Source of the DNA: Capsulimonadales bacterium
GTDB taxonomy: Bacteria > Armatimonadota > Armatimonadia > Armatimonadales > Armatimonadaceae
Reading direction: 5' to 3'
Length of the DNA: 64,000 bases
Assembly (NCBI GenBank): GCA_033762295.1
Contig: JANRLW010000064.1
Location: 96,001 to 160,000, forward strand
Both the position numbers and the translations under genes were made by a program. Shown here piece after piece: positions 8,817 through 18,108 of the stretch (positions within the stretch are counted from its first letter, which is position 1; each line of letters opens with the position of its first letter). The notes beneath the pieces were generated by a model. That model saw only the letters and a program-made list of their open reading frames with translations, searched no databases and was not told the origin of the DNA.

Positions 8817-10556
8817 TTACAGAAGGTTCCGGTTGGGAATCTCCAGGACGTAGATGGAGTTCGCCGCGTAGCTGCCGACGACTCCGTAGGGGGTGGTCAG
8901 CCATTCGCCCAGGGAGACGATCGCGCCGGCGTTGGCCGCGCTGTAGCGATAGACTCTGGCCCGCGGTCCGGGTTTGAAACCGTTGAGGGTCAGGTTGCTC
9001 GTGACGGTATTGGCCGTTTTATTGACAATGACGACCGTCAGTGCGCCGTCGGTCGAGCGTTCGGCGGCATAGACGGACAACTGGGCCTGGTTACGGCTGG
9101 CGGCCCGGACGCTGGTCTCGCCGAAGGCGCTGCCCGCGCCGTCGTAGTTGCGGAAGATGCGGAAGGCAAATGCGCCGGGCTGGGTCGGACCGGGCGGGGC
9201 GGCCAGGGTCGCCAGATCCAAACCTTCACGACCGAAGATGCCAAGTGCGTCGGCCTGGGCCAGCGCTCCGTTAACCGACTCCAACCCGCCGAAGTTATAC
9301 GCACTGAGGGCGACTTTGGGGGAGTCATCGGGCGGGACATTGGAGAAGTAGGTGCTGACCAGTTCCCGGAGTCGGGGAATCAACCGGATGACGGCGCCGG
9401 TTTCCGTGTAGGTCGGGTCCCAGAGGGAGCGAGTGGACGCCAACCGCTGCGCCTGGGTGGTGGCGTTGCCGGCCGGAGCGAACGCGATCGGCTGACCGCC
9501 GGTTGCCGGGGCCGGGAAGTGATGCTCATCGAAGTAGTTCAGAAGCAGGACGCCTTCGGCGATGGATGCCTGGCTCATCGCCCGCAGATAGTAGGCCGCG
9601 AGCGGCAGACCGTGGGTGTTGAAGTTATCGCCGATCCGTCCGCCTGCGGTTCCGCCGATGACCGGATAACCGTAGTCGCTCGGCCCGATTATCTGGGCTT
9701 CCGGATCGATCTCTTTGATCCGGGTGGCGTAAGCGATGGAGCGGGTGGTCAGTTCGTTGAAGCCGATGGGGGCGGTCTGAACGTCGCGATGCTTGACATG
9801 CCACTGGCTCGGTTCGTGGTCCAGCTGGAAAAGGGTCAGGGGAGTTCCGTGCGTGTTGATCAGATACTGGACGAAAGCGGCCTGGTGGTCGGTGGTGTTA
9901 TCGGTATGGATGGAATCGATGTGGGCCTGAACCGCGCCGGTAATCGGCAACGGCGTTCCCGGCGTATCGTTGCGGCGGCCGTTGCCGGCGACCACGGGCG
10001 CGCCGATCGCCGGGGTGCGGGTCCTGAATGCCTTCTGCACCGGGGTGATCGACTGCGGGAAACTGCAGTCCAGAGCGTTGCCGGGAACGTTGTTGATCCG
10101 GGAGATCATCGGGATGGTGACGATGGTTCTGGCCCCGGCGTTGGTGGCACTGGTGACGAAATTGTCGACGGAGGCGGCGGCGGAGTAGGAGGCCGCCCCG
10201 TTGCCCGCGAAGAAAAAGTCGTCATCGCCGGTATTGGTCGCATCCAGTTCCCAGTTGTACCGTGTGCTTTGCGCGCCGCCGAGGCGAAGGACGGGCAATT
10301 GAAGGTCCTGTGCGAAGGCGATCAGAGCGGGATCGGCATTGGTGAGGCTGAGACCGTAGATGTCCGGGCTGATCTGATGCCGGTTCTGACGAACATCAAT
10401 CGTGAGAAGCGGGCCGGGAGCGTAGGTGACGGCGGCGTCGCCGGAAACCGCCAGGCCGGCAAAGCCCAGACCGGCGCACAGAACCACGAACGGGTTCCTG
10501 ACGCTCTTCAGAAAGGCCCGCCGCGAGGACGAACCGGTAAATCGAGGCAACGGCAT
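8817..10556 (-). CDS. Glycoside hydrolase family 44-like protein, Tat-exported, probable nucleophile substitution
   Basis: SRRAFLK Tat motif; LRLGGAQSTRYNWE, LDHEP, STRSLWDPTY, RLIPRL, ALSAYNFGG, ALAQADALGIFGREG. Confidence 0.82.
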   Translation of the reverse strand: MPLPRFTGSSSRRAFLKSVRNPFVVLCAGLGFAGLAVSGDAAVTYAPGPLLTIDVRQNRHQISPDIYGLSLTNADPALIAFAQDLQLPVLRLGGAQSTRYNWELDATNTGDDDFFFAGNGAASYSAAASVDNFVTSATNAGARTIVTIPMISRINNVPGNALDCSFPQSITPVQKAFRTRTPAIGAPVVAGNGRRNDTPGTPLPITGAVQAHIDSIHTDNTTDHQAAFVQYLINTHGTPLTLFQLDHEPSQWHVKHRDVQTAPIGFNELTTRSIAYATRIKEIDPEAQIIGPSDYGYPVIGGTAGGRIGDNFNTHGLPLAAYYLRAMSQASIAEGVLLLNYFDEHHFPAPATGGQPIAFAPAGNATTQAQRLASTRSLWDPTYTETGAVIRLIPRLRELVSTYFSNVPPDDSPKVALSAYNFGGLESVNGALAQADALGIFGREGLDLATLAAPPGPTQPGAFAFRIFRNYDGAGSAFGETSVRAASRNQAQLSVYAAERSTDGALTVVIVNKTANTVTSNLTLNGFKPGPRARVYRYSAANAGAIVSLGEWLTTPYGVVGSYAANSIYVLEIPNRNLL

Positions 10557-10739
10557 GTTGAATTCCTTTCAAACGGCCAAACGGTGATCCGGAAATAATG
10601 AATAAGGTTAACCGGTTCCCGGGCGGAGTTCCGAGACCCGTTCTCGCTTAGTTTCTTCGTCTCCCGAAGAAATCCTCGTCCCCGGGCGCGGGATTCCGCA
10701 CGCAACGAAAACTTCAACGCGAGAAACCATCGGAAACCA

Positions 10740-11252
10740 TCAGCGTCGGTCGCGTTCCCAGCGTTCGATCGCGTCCTGAAGATGCTGACGGCGGTCCGAA
10801 TGGGGGTTGCGCTTCGCCTCATAGGCGATCAGACGTTCCGCCAGCGCACGGTCGCCCCGCGCCTGCTCCAGCAGCCGGTTATATAACGCTTGCTCCTCGT
10901 TGCCGGGTCGGCGAAACCCTGCGCCATTCCTCGGATTCCTGACGACAAAGAGCAAGATCAAGGCGAGAAGCAGGACGACCGGCAGACCGATGGTCGGCGG
11001 AATACCGATGGTCAGCAGTGAGGCAAACACCAGAAGTCCGGCGCCTACCGGAAGCCCGATCGTTCTCATGACGGACGGGGCGGGGGCGGAGGGGTCGTCG
11101 CGTTCCGGCAGCAGGTGGACATATTCCGCCGCCTCCGACCAGCCGGTTTCCTCATCGGAACCGCAGTGGGGGCAGGCAGGGGCCCCGCGCCGCACCTCAC
11201 CGCCGCAGTTCGGGCAGGCGAAATATTCCGGTTCCGGTGTTCGTGGTCGCAT
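10740..11252 (-). CDS. Zinc-ribbon membrane protein (hypothetical)
   Basis: CPNCG...CPHCG zinc ribbon, two TM helices, charged C-terminal domain. Confidence 0.7.
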   Translation of the reverse strand: MRPRTPEPEYFACPNCGGEVRRGAPACPHCGSDEETGWSEAAEYVHLLPERDDPSAPAPSVMRTIGLPVGAGLLVFASLLTIGIPPTIGLPVVLLLALILLFVVRNPRNGAGFRRPGNEEQALYNRLLEQARGDRALAERLIAYEAKRNPHSDRRQHLQDAIERWERDRR

Positions 11253-11354
11253 CCTTTTCTCCCTTGGTAACGGGCGGGCGGCGACGTCGTTTCGCCGCCG
11301 CCCGCTTGCGTTCGGACGAAGGACCGTTCCCGTCCGATCCCCGTCAGTTCCCCG

Positions 11355-12779
11355 TCAGTTCCCGGCGGATGCCAGGATTTTGTCATGCTCGGCGGCGATG
11401 GTGTCGAGCGCTTCTTTCGGCTTTTTGGTGCCGGCGACCGCCTCATTCAGCTCCTTCTGCGTTACGGTCAGCAGTTCGGAGTAGTTCGGCGTGTTGTAGA
11501 AGTCCTTCAGGTAGGGGACCGACTCGGTAAAGACGACATTATACGGGGTCGCCTTCTTGAACAGGTCGGTAGCCGCCACCTTGCCGTTCGCGGTCAGACC
11601 GCCAAGCTCCGCCCACTTCTTCTGTGTCTCCTCTTTGGAGAACCAGGCCAGGAATTTCTTTGCGTTGTCCTGCTGTTTCGAGTAGGCCGACAGTGAAAGC
11701 CCCTGTCCTCCGAGAGAGATGAACTGGCCGGCGGGACCCTTCGGTACCGGGAAATATCCGGTATGTTCGGCGTGCGGATTCTTTTCCTTGTTGGTCAGGT
11801 CCGGAAGGAAGGCGAACCAGTTCTGGGCCATGGCGACCTTGCCCTGCTGAAAGTCGCGCAGACATTCGGAGAAGTAGTAGTTCTCGGAACTGGGGGGAGT
11901 GAACTTCTTCAGGCCGGCGTAGAACTCCAGCGCTTTGACGGCGGCCTCCGAATTGATCGCGCCGGTCGCCTTGTTGCCCTCGGACAGCTTGCCGCCGTAG
12001 GCCCAGAGTACCTGATCGAAGCCCATGGTGACGCCGTCGTACTCTTTGGAGTAGAACAGGGCCGCGCCGTAGAGGGGACCGGGCTGGTTCTGAGGTCGGG
12101 TGAAGAACTCGGCGACCTGCTGAAACTCGTCCCAGGTCTTCGGAACGGCAAGATCGCGCTTGTACTTCGCCTTGAACGCCGCTTTCTCCTTCGGGTCCTC
12201 GAAAAGGTCCTTCCGGTAGGCGAAGACGGTCGCATCGCTCATGCACGGGATCGCGTACAGCTTGCCGGAACCGGTCGGATACTCGCCGTAGTTCAGCAGG
12301 GCGGACCGGGCGACATCGGCTTTCGGGAAGTTGGCGGCATCCTCGGTCCACTCGGTCAACTCGACATAGTGTCCGGCGGTCGCGGCCTTCCCGAGCCACT
12401 GGGAGTCGCCGACGATCAGGTCGAACGAGGCATCCTGTCCGCTCCAGGCCGTCTTGATCTTGTTCTCGAAGTCGGACCAGGGGATCTGCTGGACCTCGAC
12501 CGCGATCCCGGTCTCTTTGGTGAAGTCCTGGGCGAGTTTTTCCAGCTGCTTGGCCGGCTCCCATTCGGCCCAGGCGACGACCAGCTTATCGCCTCCGGCA
12601 GCCGGAGCGCCGCCGCTGGCCGGGGAGGCGGCGGTCGTGTTCGGCGCGCCGCCGGTAGTTCCCGCCTCGCCCCCGCCGGAGTTATCGCCGCACCCGGCCG
12701 TCAACGCCAGTCCGGCCACAAGGGGGAAAGCCGTCAGAATGGTAAGTAGTGAACGCCGTGTTACGGAAGGGAGTGTCAC
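11355..12779 (-). CDS. Sugar ABC transporter substrate-binding lipoprotein (SBP family 1)
   Basis: GTG 12779 with RBS GGAGG; lipobox LTAGC; FTKETGIAVEV, YRKDLF, VPKTWDEF, GKVAMAQNW, LGGQGL. Confidence 0.9.
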   Translation of the reverse strand: MTLPSVTRRSLLTILTAFPLVAGLALTAGCGDNSGGGEAGTTGGAPNTTAASPASGGAPAAGGDKLVVAWAEWEPAKQLEKLAQDFTKETGIAVEVQQIPWSDFENKIKTAWSGQDASFDLIVGDSQWLGKAATAGHYVELTEWTEDAANFPKADVARSALLNYGEYPTGSGKLYAIPCMSDATVFAYRKDLFEDPKEKAAFKAKYKRDLAVPKTWDEFQQVAEFFTRPQNQPGPLYGAALFYSKEYDGVTMGFDQVLWAYGGKLSEGNKATGAINSEAAVKALEFYAGLKKFTPPSSENYYFSECLRDFQQGKVAMAQNWFAFLPDLTNKEKNPHAEHTGYFPVPKGPAGQFISLGGQGLSLSAYSKQQDNAKKFLAWFSKEETQKKWAELGGLTANGKVAATDLFKKATPYNVVFTESVPYLKDFYNTPNYSELLTVTQKELNEAVAGTKKPKEALDTIAAEHDKILASAGN

Positions 12780-12996
12780 TGGGAGATTTCCTCCATCGAT
12801 TCGAATGTTCCGAGACGTCGGGAGACATCCGTTGGTTACCCAAGGAGTTAGGCGGATCGCCCCGAATTTCCTCTCCGATTCCTGAGGAACCCTCCGGACG
12901 CGAATCATAGTCTTGTTCCCGACCGCAGGCGGCGATGCGGAAGCGTGCCGTCCGCACCGGACCCCGCAGGGTTTCCGGAGAGAGGGAAACGCCGTC

Positions 12997-13260
12997 ATGG
13001 CAACCGATCCGCCGTCCAATGTCAAGATTTACGATCGCCCGGAGTCCAAAGCGCCCTCCCCGATGCTGATTGTCCTGGGCCTGATGGTCGCCCTGCTCCT
13101 GGGGTACGTCGTGTACCGGATGTTCTTCACGACGCCCGCCACGCCGGTGCCCTCCGCGTCGACGACGCCCTCCGTCAGCCGGTTCATGCCGAGGCTGCCC
13201 GCCCACGGGCGGGTCTTCGGGCACGCGATCCGCGTCCCCTCCGGAGCCGAACCGGTATGA
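12997..13260 (+). CDS. Small single-TM hypothetical protein
   Basis: MATDPPSNVKIYDRPE..LIVLGLMVALLLGYVVYRMFF; purine-rich RBS; stop overlaps the next ATG (ATGA). Confidence 0.65.
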   Translation: MATDPPSNVKIYDRPESKAPSPMLIVLGLMVALLLGYVVYRMFFTTPATPVPSASTTPSVSRFMPRLPAHGRVFGHAIRVPSGAEPV

Positions 13261-13865
13261 GCGATACCGAGCCTCGCCGGGTCTACCACGGACAGGACTT
13301 TCTCGGTTTCCTGGAAGCCCCCGGGCCGGACGCTTCCGGTTTTCTGCGTATCCGCACGGAAAAGGGCGATTTCCTGCGCGTTCCCGCCTCTCTGTTGAAA
13401 ACGAGCGCCGATGGCCGGGTGCAATCGCCGATGTCGCTGCGCGAGCTGGAAATGGTGTACCGAACGGACGGTGCCGAAGTCGGGCAGGGAATCACGGTTC
13501 CCGTTGTCGCCGAGCAGGTACGGGTCGAAAAACGGACGGTCGAAACCGGAGTGATTCGCGTTCGGAAAACGATTCGGGAGGAGGTGGAGACGGTCGACGA
13601 ACCCCTCCTGCAGGAACGGGTTTCGGTGGAACGTATACCCGTCGACCGAATCTGGGAAGGTCCGTTGCCGGAACCGCGCCAGGAAGGGGATACCCTGATC
13701 ATTCCCGTCCTCGAGGAGGTTCTGGTCGTTCGCAAGGAACTCCGCCTGAAAGAGGAGATCCGGATTCGCCGTGAGCAGGAGGCGGTAAGCCGGCCGCAGC
13801 AGGTGGTTTTAAAACAGGAGAACGTGACGATTGAGCGTTCCTGGAACGCTTCGGAGGGATCGTAG
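13257..13865 (+). CDS. YsnF/AvaK (DUF2382) domain protein
   Basis: VPVVAEQVRVEKRTVETGVIRVRK...IPVLEEVLVVRKELRLKEEIRI. Confidence 0.85.
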   Translation: MSDTEPRRVYHGQDFLGFLEAPGPDASGFLRIRTEKGDFLRVPASLLKTSADGRVQSPMSLRELEMVYRTDGAEVGQGITVPVVAEQVRVEKRTVETGVIRVRKTIREEVETVDEPLLQERVSVERIPVDRIWEGPLPEPRQEGDTLIIPVLEEVLVVRKELRLKEEIRIRREQEAVSRPQQVVLKQENVTIERSWNASEGS

Positions 13866-13909
13866 GTTTGCCTGCGATCCCGGAACTCTCATCCGGAAGG
13901 AGAAAAACA

Positions 13910-14959
13910 TTGAAGACAGTTATCGGAGCCTTTGACGATGCCAATCAGGCGGAACGCGCCGGGCAGGAACTGGTCGCGGCAGGAGTACGTCGGGACGACA
14001 TCAGCATCGTCGCCAATAACGAGGGGGGCCGGTATGCTCCCGTCAACGAACGAACTTCGGGGACGACCGATCGTGACTCCATGGGCGAGGACGTCGGTCA
14101 TGGCGCCGGAGTCGGCGCCGGCTGGGGCGCGGGGGTCGGTTTCCTGGTCGGCCTGACGGGATTGGCGATTCCCGGTCTGGGGTGGATCGCCGGCGCGGGC
14201 TGGCTGATGGGAACCGTTCTCGGAGCGGCGACCGGTGCGGTCGTCGGTGGTCTGGTCGGCGCATTGACCCATGTCGGCGTGCCCGAATCGGACGCCAATA
14301 CGTATAACGAAGCGGTGCGTCGGGGCAGCACGCTGGTCGCGGTTCGCGCGGCCGACGAGGAGGCTCACCGTATCGCCCGCATTCTGGACGACAACGGCGC
14401 GATCGATATCGACGAACGCGCGGCGCGTTTCCGAACCGAGGGCTGGATGCCCGGGTCCGCGACCGGTATCGCGCCCGCCGGGATGGGCGGAACCGCCGCA
14501 CCGCTCAGCACCTCCGCCGAGTTCGCCGACACCCACACGACGGAACGCACGACCGACCGCACGAACGACCGGTCGGGCGATATGGTGCTTCCGGTTACCG
14601 AGGAGCAGGTCGCGGTCGGCAAACGCGCGGTGGAACGGGGTGGAGTTCGCGTCTACACTCACGTAACCGAACGACCGGTGCAGGAACAGGTGACGCTGCG
14701 CGAGGAGCATGTCACCGTCGAACGCCGGCCGGTCGATCGCACGGTCGATCCGAACACCCTGCGGCCCCTCCAGGAAGGCGTCGTGGAAATCCGCGAGACC
14801 GCCGAGGTACCGGTCGTTTCCAAGGAAGCCCGTGTCGTCGAGGAGGTCGTTGTCGGCAAGACGGCGACTCAGCACACGGAAACCGTCCAGGAAACGGCGC
14901 GCCGCACCGACGTCGAGGTCGAGGAGATTACCGACCGAAATCGGCCGGCCCGTCCGTAG
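13910..14959 (+). CDS. General stress protein (YflT-like/glycine zipper) fused to a YsnF/AvaK domain
   Basis: TTG start after GAAGGAG; TVIGAFDD..A..L...G...DDISIV, Gly-zipper TM segment, GVPESDA..Y; C-terminal PVTEEQVAVGKRAVERGGVRV. Confidence 0.85.
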   Translation: MKTVIGAFDDANQAERAGQELVAAGVRRDDISIVANNEGGRYAPVNERTSGTTDRDSMGEDVGHGAGVGAGWGAGVGFLVGLTGLAIPGLGWIAGAGWLMGTVLGAATGAVVGGLVGALTHVGVPESDANTYNEAVRRGSTLVAVRAADEEAHRIARILDDNGAIDIDERAARFRTEGWMPGSATGIAPAGMGGTAAPLSTSAEFADTHTTERTTDRTNDRSGDMVLPVTEEQVAVGKRAVERGGVRVYTHVTERPVQEQVTLREEHVTVERRPVDRTVDPNTLRPLQEGVVEIRETAEVPVVSKEARVVEEVVVGKTATQHTETVQETARRTDVEVEEITDRNRPARP

Positions 14960-14982
14960 TTTTTGCCTTCGAGTCGTCAGCC

Positions 14983-15013
14983 CCGTCCCTCTCCGGTTTT
15001 CGGAGGGGGACGG
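14983..15013 (+). terminator. GC-rich hairpin downstream of the YsnF operon
   Basis: CCGTCCCTCTCCG / CGGAGGGGGACGG stem followed by CCTTTT. Confidence 0.5.
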
Positions 15014-15056
15014 ACCTTTTCCGAAGTCCCCGGCAGGCCAGGATTTACGCTTTTCC

Positions 15057-15087
15057 TTGACAGAGCAGACGAGCTTGTGGTAATAAT
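15057..15087 (+). promoter_or_regulatory. Sigma70-like promoter candidate
   Basis: TTGACA at 15057-15062 and TGGTAATAAT at 15078-15087. Confidence 0.5.
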
Positions 15088-15243
15088 CATACGAAGCGAG
15101 CATTCGTAAGGAATGGGGATAGCGTTGGGCAGTGGCGTTATTCCGAGAGAGAAAGATTCAAGGAGACAATATCCAAAATAGTATTATGGAAAGCTGCCAC
15201 AGATCAACTTTTTTCTCGTAGCCCTTACGAAGTAGGTAGCATA

Positions 15244-15660
15244 ATGTATCAAAATTTTGTCTGGCGGAATCTTCGGAAGCAGTGGAAGGCGTCCTTCAGC
15301 GCCCTGGAATCGGAGTTGTCGGAGTACGGACTGGAAGCGTACGACATGGACCGGGAGTTCCCGAAACGATTTCGGCTCTCCCCCCTGCTCGACGAACTGG
15401 CGGACGAGGAGGAACTCTGCGGAGTGTATCCGTTCGCCTCACAAAATTATTTGCGTTTCAGTTTCACCCCCGAGGGGATGCACCCCGGAAAAATGAGCCA
15501 CACGTGGGTGGAAGCCGATAACGACGGGAATTTTCATGTCTATCAGTATCGCCGGACGACGGACCGGACGGTCGACCTGATACCGGTTGTGGAAGGGGAC
15601 GCTCCGCACGTGGCCGAAACCGTGGTCCGATTGTTGCGCGAGGAGCAGCGGGAGCGTTAG
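15244..15660 (+). CDS. Hypothetical protein, DUF6193-like
   Basis: LCGVYPFASQNYLRFS resembles the recalled L..LfPF.SH..L.FS core of DUF6193. Confidence 0.55.
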   Translation: MYQNFVWRNLRKQWKASFSALESELSEYGLEAYDMDREFPKRFRLSPLLDELADEEELCGVYPFASQNYLRFSFTPEGMHPGKMSHTWVEADNDGNFHVYQYRRTTDRTVDLIPVVEGDAPHVAETVVRLLREEQRER

Positions 15661-15731
15661 GCCGCAAAGGCATCGGAAGAGGGGCGGGACCGTCCGTAGT
15701 CGGACGATTTCCCCCTCCGCCTTGCCATCCC

Positions 15732-15778
15732 CGTGACATGGGCGACCACGGGCGACCGTGGTCGCCCGTCGATGTCGC
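15732..15778. repeat. Strong inverted repeat with a GCGA tetraloop
   Basis: GGGCGACCACGG (15740-15751)-GCGA-CCGTGGTCGCCC (15756-15767), with further flanking pairing. Confidence 0.6.
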
Positions 15779-15889
15779 GCCGCCATTGCCCGTATCACCG
15801 GTTTTCCCTCGCTTTTCCTTCTCTTCCTTCCTCAATTAACGGAACTTCCCGGACCGTTTCGGTATTCTTAACTCGGGAAACGAGAGAAA

Positions 15890-16729
15890 ATGGCGAGGAT
15901 CTATTTGCGGCGACGGGTGACGTTCGCCGCCGGACATGCCTACTGGCTGCCGAACAAAACCGAGGCGGAGAACCGGGCGTTGTTCGGTCGGTGGGCCGGT
16001 CGCTACGGACACGGGCACAATTATGCGGTGGAAGTGACGGTCGTCGGGACGGTCGACGAGCGCACCGGCATGGTCGTGAATATCACCGATGTCGACCGCG
16101 TCCTGAAACAGCAGGTGACCGGGCCTCTCGCCGACCGTCACCTCACCTATGAAGTGCCGCATTTCGCCGATACGCCGCCGACACTCGAAAACATCGCGCG
16201 GTATGTGTCCGAACGTTTCACCACCCAATTTCAGGACGAACGCGCTCGCCTGGCGCGGGTCGTTGTCGAGGAGTCGCCAACGTTATGGGCGACTCTCGAT
16301 CAGGAGAAACATCTGGAGATGATTGCCCTTACCCGCGCCTTCGATTTCGCCGCCGCCCATCGCCTGCACGCGCCGGCTCTCTCGGAGGAAGAGAATGTCC
16401 GCGTTTTCGGCAAATGTAACAATCCGCGCGGACACGGACATAACTACGGGGTCGAGGTGACCGTGCTCGGTACTCCGGACCCGGTCACCGGGATGATCGT
16501 CGATCTCGCGGCACTGGACGAAACCCTGGAGCGCGAGGTGATGCAGCGGTTCGATCACAAGCATTTGAACGACGATACGCCGGATTTCGCCACGGTCAAC
16601 CCGACCTCCGAAAACCTGACGATCGCCATCTGGAAGCATCTGGAGGGAAGGATTCCCGCGCCCGCCCGCCTCTACCGGGTCGTCGTGCGCGAGACGGAAC
16701 GCAATTTTTTCGAGTACTACGGGGAGTAG
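15890..16729 (+). CDS. queD: 6-carboxytetrahydropterin synthase / PTPS, tandem two-domain form
   Basis: Two copies of F.A.H...GHGHNY.VEVTV.G..D..TGM.V; the second carries FGKCNNPRGHGHNY and PTSENL. Confidence 0.85.
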   Translation: MARIYLRRRVTFAAGHAYWLPNKTEAENRALFGRWAGRYGHGHNYAVEVTVVGTVDERTGMVVNITDVDRVLKQQVTGPLADRHLTYEVPHFADTPPTLENIARYVSERFTTQFQDERARLARVVVEESPTLWATLDQEKHLEMIALTRAFDFAAAHRLHAPALSEEENVRVFGKCNNPRGHGHNYGVEVTVLGTPDPVTGMIVDLAALDETLEREVMQRFDHKHLNDDTPDFATVNPTSENLTIAIWKHLEGRIPAPARLYRVVVRETERNFFEYYGE

Positions 16730-16947
16730 ATCGAGCCTATAATGGAGTTGGCGCCGGTGCGCTCCGTGCCGACGGAGAGGCCCACACTTCTGACGACGGA
16801 CGGAGAGCGCACGGGTCCGGTATCGGATCATCCGGGTCAGCTAAGCAGGGAAACGGCGTCCTGCCTACGGTTATCGTCCCAACCGCCTGACCGGGAGCGG
16901 CCAGCGCAGAGGAACTGCCTGCCGCTGAAAGAGGAAAAAACGAGCAT

Positions 16948-17946
16948 ATGGTCGCGACAAAGAAGAAAATGTACCTCCACCGGACGGCGGATGCCTCCGG
17001 TGTACCGACGGCGGAAGCCTTTTCCCTGAAGCGGGAATACGATGCGGATTTCAAACCGGACCTCCTTTATAAGGAGAGCCTGCCGGACATGCAGGAGTCG
17101 GTCAAGGCGATCGAGGGAGCCAACGTGCCGATTCAGCAGGTCGGCGTCTCCAACTTCCGTCTGCCGTTGAAGTTCGCCGCGGAAGACGGGGAACCCATGA
17201 CCCTGGAGGCCAGTGTCACCGGCACCGTCTCGCTGGAGGCCGATCAGAAGGGCATCAATATGTCCCGGATCGTCCGCTCCTTTTACGAGTTCAAGGACGA
17301 GATTTTTACGCTCGACACCCTGACGCGCATCCTGACCGCCTACCGGGAGCAGGTAACGGGGTTCAACGCCCGGGTGCGGGTGGCCTTTTCCTACCCGATG
17401 TTGCAGGAGAGCCTGCGCAGCGGGCTGGCCGGGTACCAGTTCTATCAGGTCGTCTTCGATGCGGCGATTGATCGCTACGGTCGTCCGCGGCGTTTTGTCG
17501 AGTTTGATTTCGTCTACTCATCGGCCTGTCCCTGCTCGGCGGAACTGGCCGAGCATGCGCGGGACATCCGCAATGTCTACGCGATTCCGCATTCGCAGCG
17601 CAGCCGCGCACGAATCAAGGTCGAGGTCGCGGAAGGGCGAACGCTGACCGTGGAGGATCTACAACGGCACTGCAGCAACGCCCTGAAGACCGAAACGCAG
17701 GTCATGGTCAAGCGCGAAGACGAGCAGGCGTTCGCCGAAATGAACGGCGCGTATATCAAGTTCGTCGAGGATGCCGCCCGACTGGTCTTCGAACAACTGA
17801 ATGCCGATCCGCGTATCCGCGATTTTGAGGTCGCCTGCGCCCACCTGGAATCGTTGCACTCGCACGACGCCGTTTCGGTGATCTGCAAAGGGGTCCCCGG
17901 CGGATTCGTCGCCGATTTCATGGACTTCCGAAGCCTCGTCTGTTAG
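16948..17946 (+). CDS. folE2: GTP cyclohydrolase IB (FolE2)
   Basis: [66 protein letters not shown]. Confidence 0.93.
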   Translation: MVATKKKMYLHRTADASGVPTAEAFSLKREYDADFKPDLLYKESLPDMQESVKAIEGANVPIQQVGVSNFRLPLKFAAEDGEPMTLEASVTGTVSLEADQKGINMSRIVRSFYEFKDEIFTLDTLTRILTAYREQVTGFNARVRVAFSYPMLQESLRSGLAGYQFYQVVFDAAIDRYGRPRRFVEFDFVYSSACPCSAELAEHARDIRNVYAIPHSQRSRARIKVEVAEGRTLTVEDLQRHCSNALKTETQVMVKREDEQAFAEMNGAYIKFVEDAARLVFEQLNADPRIRDFEVACAHLESLHSHDAVSVICKGVPGGFVADFMDFRSLVC

Positions 17947-18108
17947 GCCAAAACATCAGGTCAAAACGGCTCGTCAGGCCAGGTACCGCCCCGGAAATTC
18001 CGCTTTCCGGGGCGGTTTTCGTTCGGAACGGTTCCGAAAAGGGGCCGATTGGAGTAAGATACGACCATACCTCACCCGGAGTAATGAAAGTCGAGTATCC
18101 GAACGGAG

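Noticed and set aside
15103..15660. Retron msr-msd suggested by the terminal inverted repeat
   Set aside because: No reverse transcriptase in the window; the downstream ORF is 138 aa with no YADD motif.
15661..15889. preQ1 riboswitch expected upstream of queD
   Set aside because: No preQ1-like stem-loop with an A-rich tail; only a GC-rich GNRA hairpin and a pyrimidine tract.
16790..16825. Hammerhead-like CTGACGA followed by a CGGAC/GTCCG stem
   Set aside because: The required GAAA after stem II is absent (GTAT).
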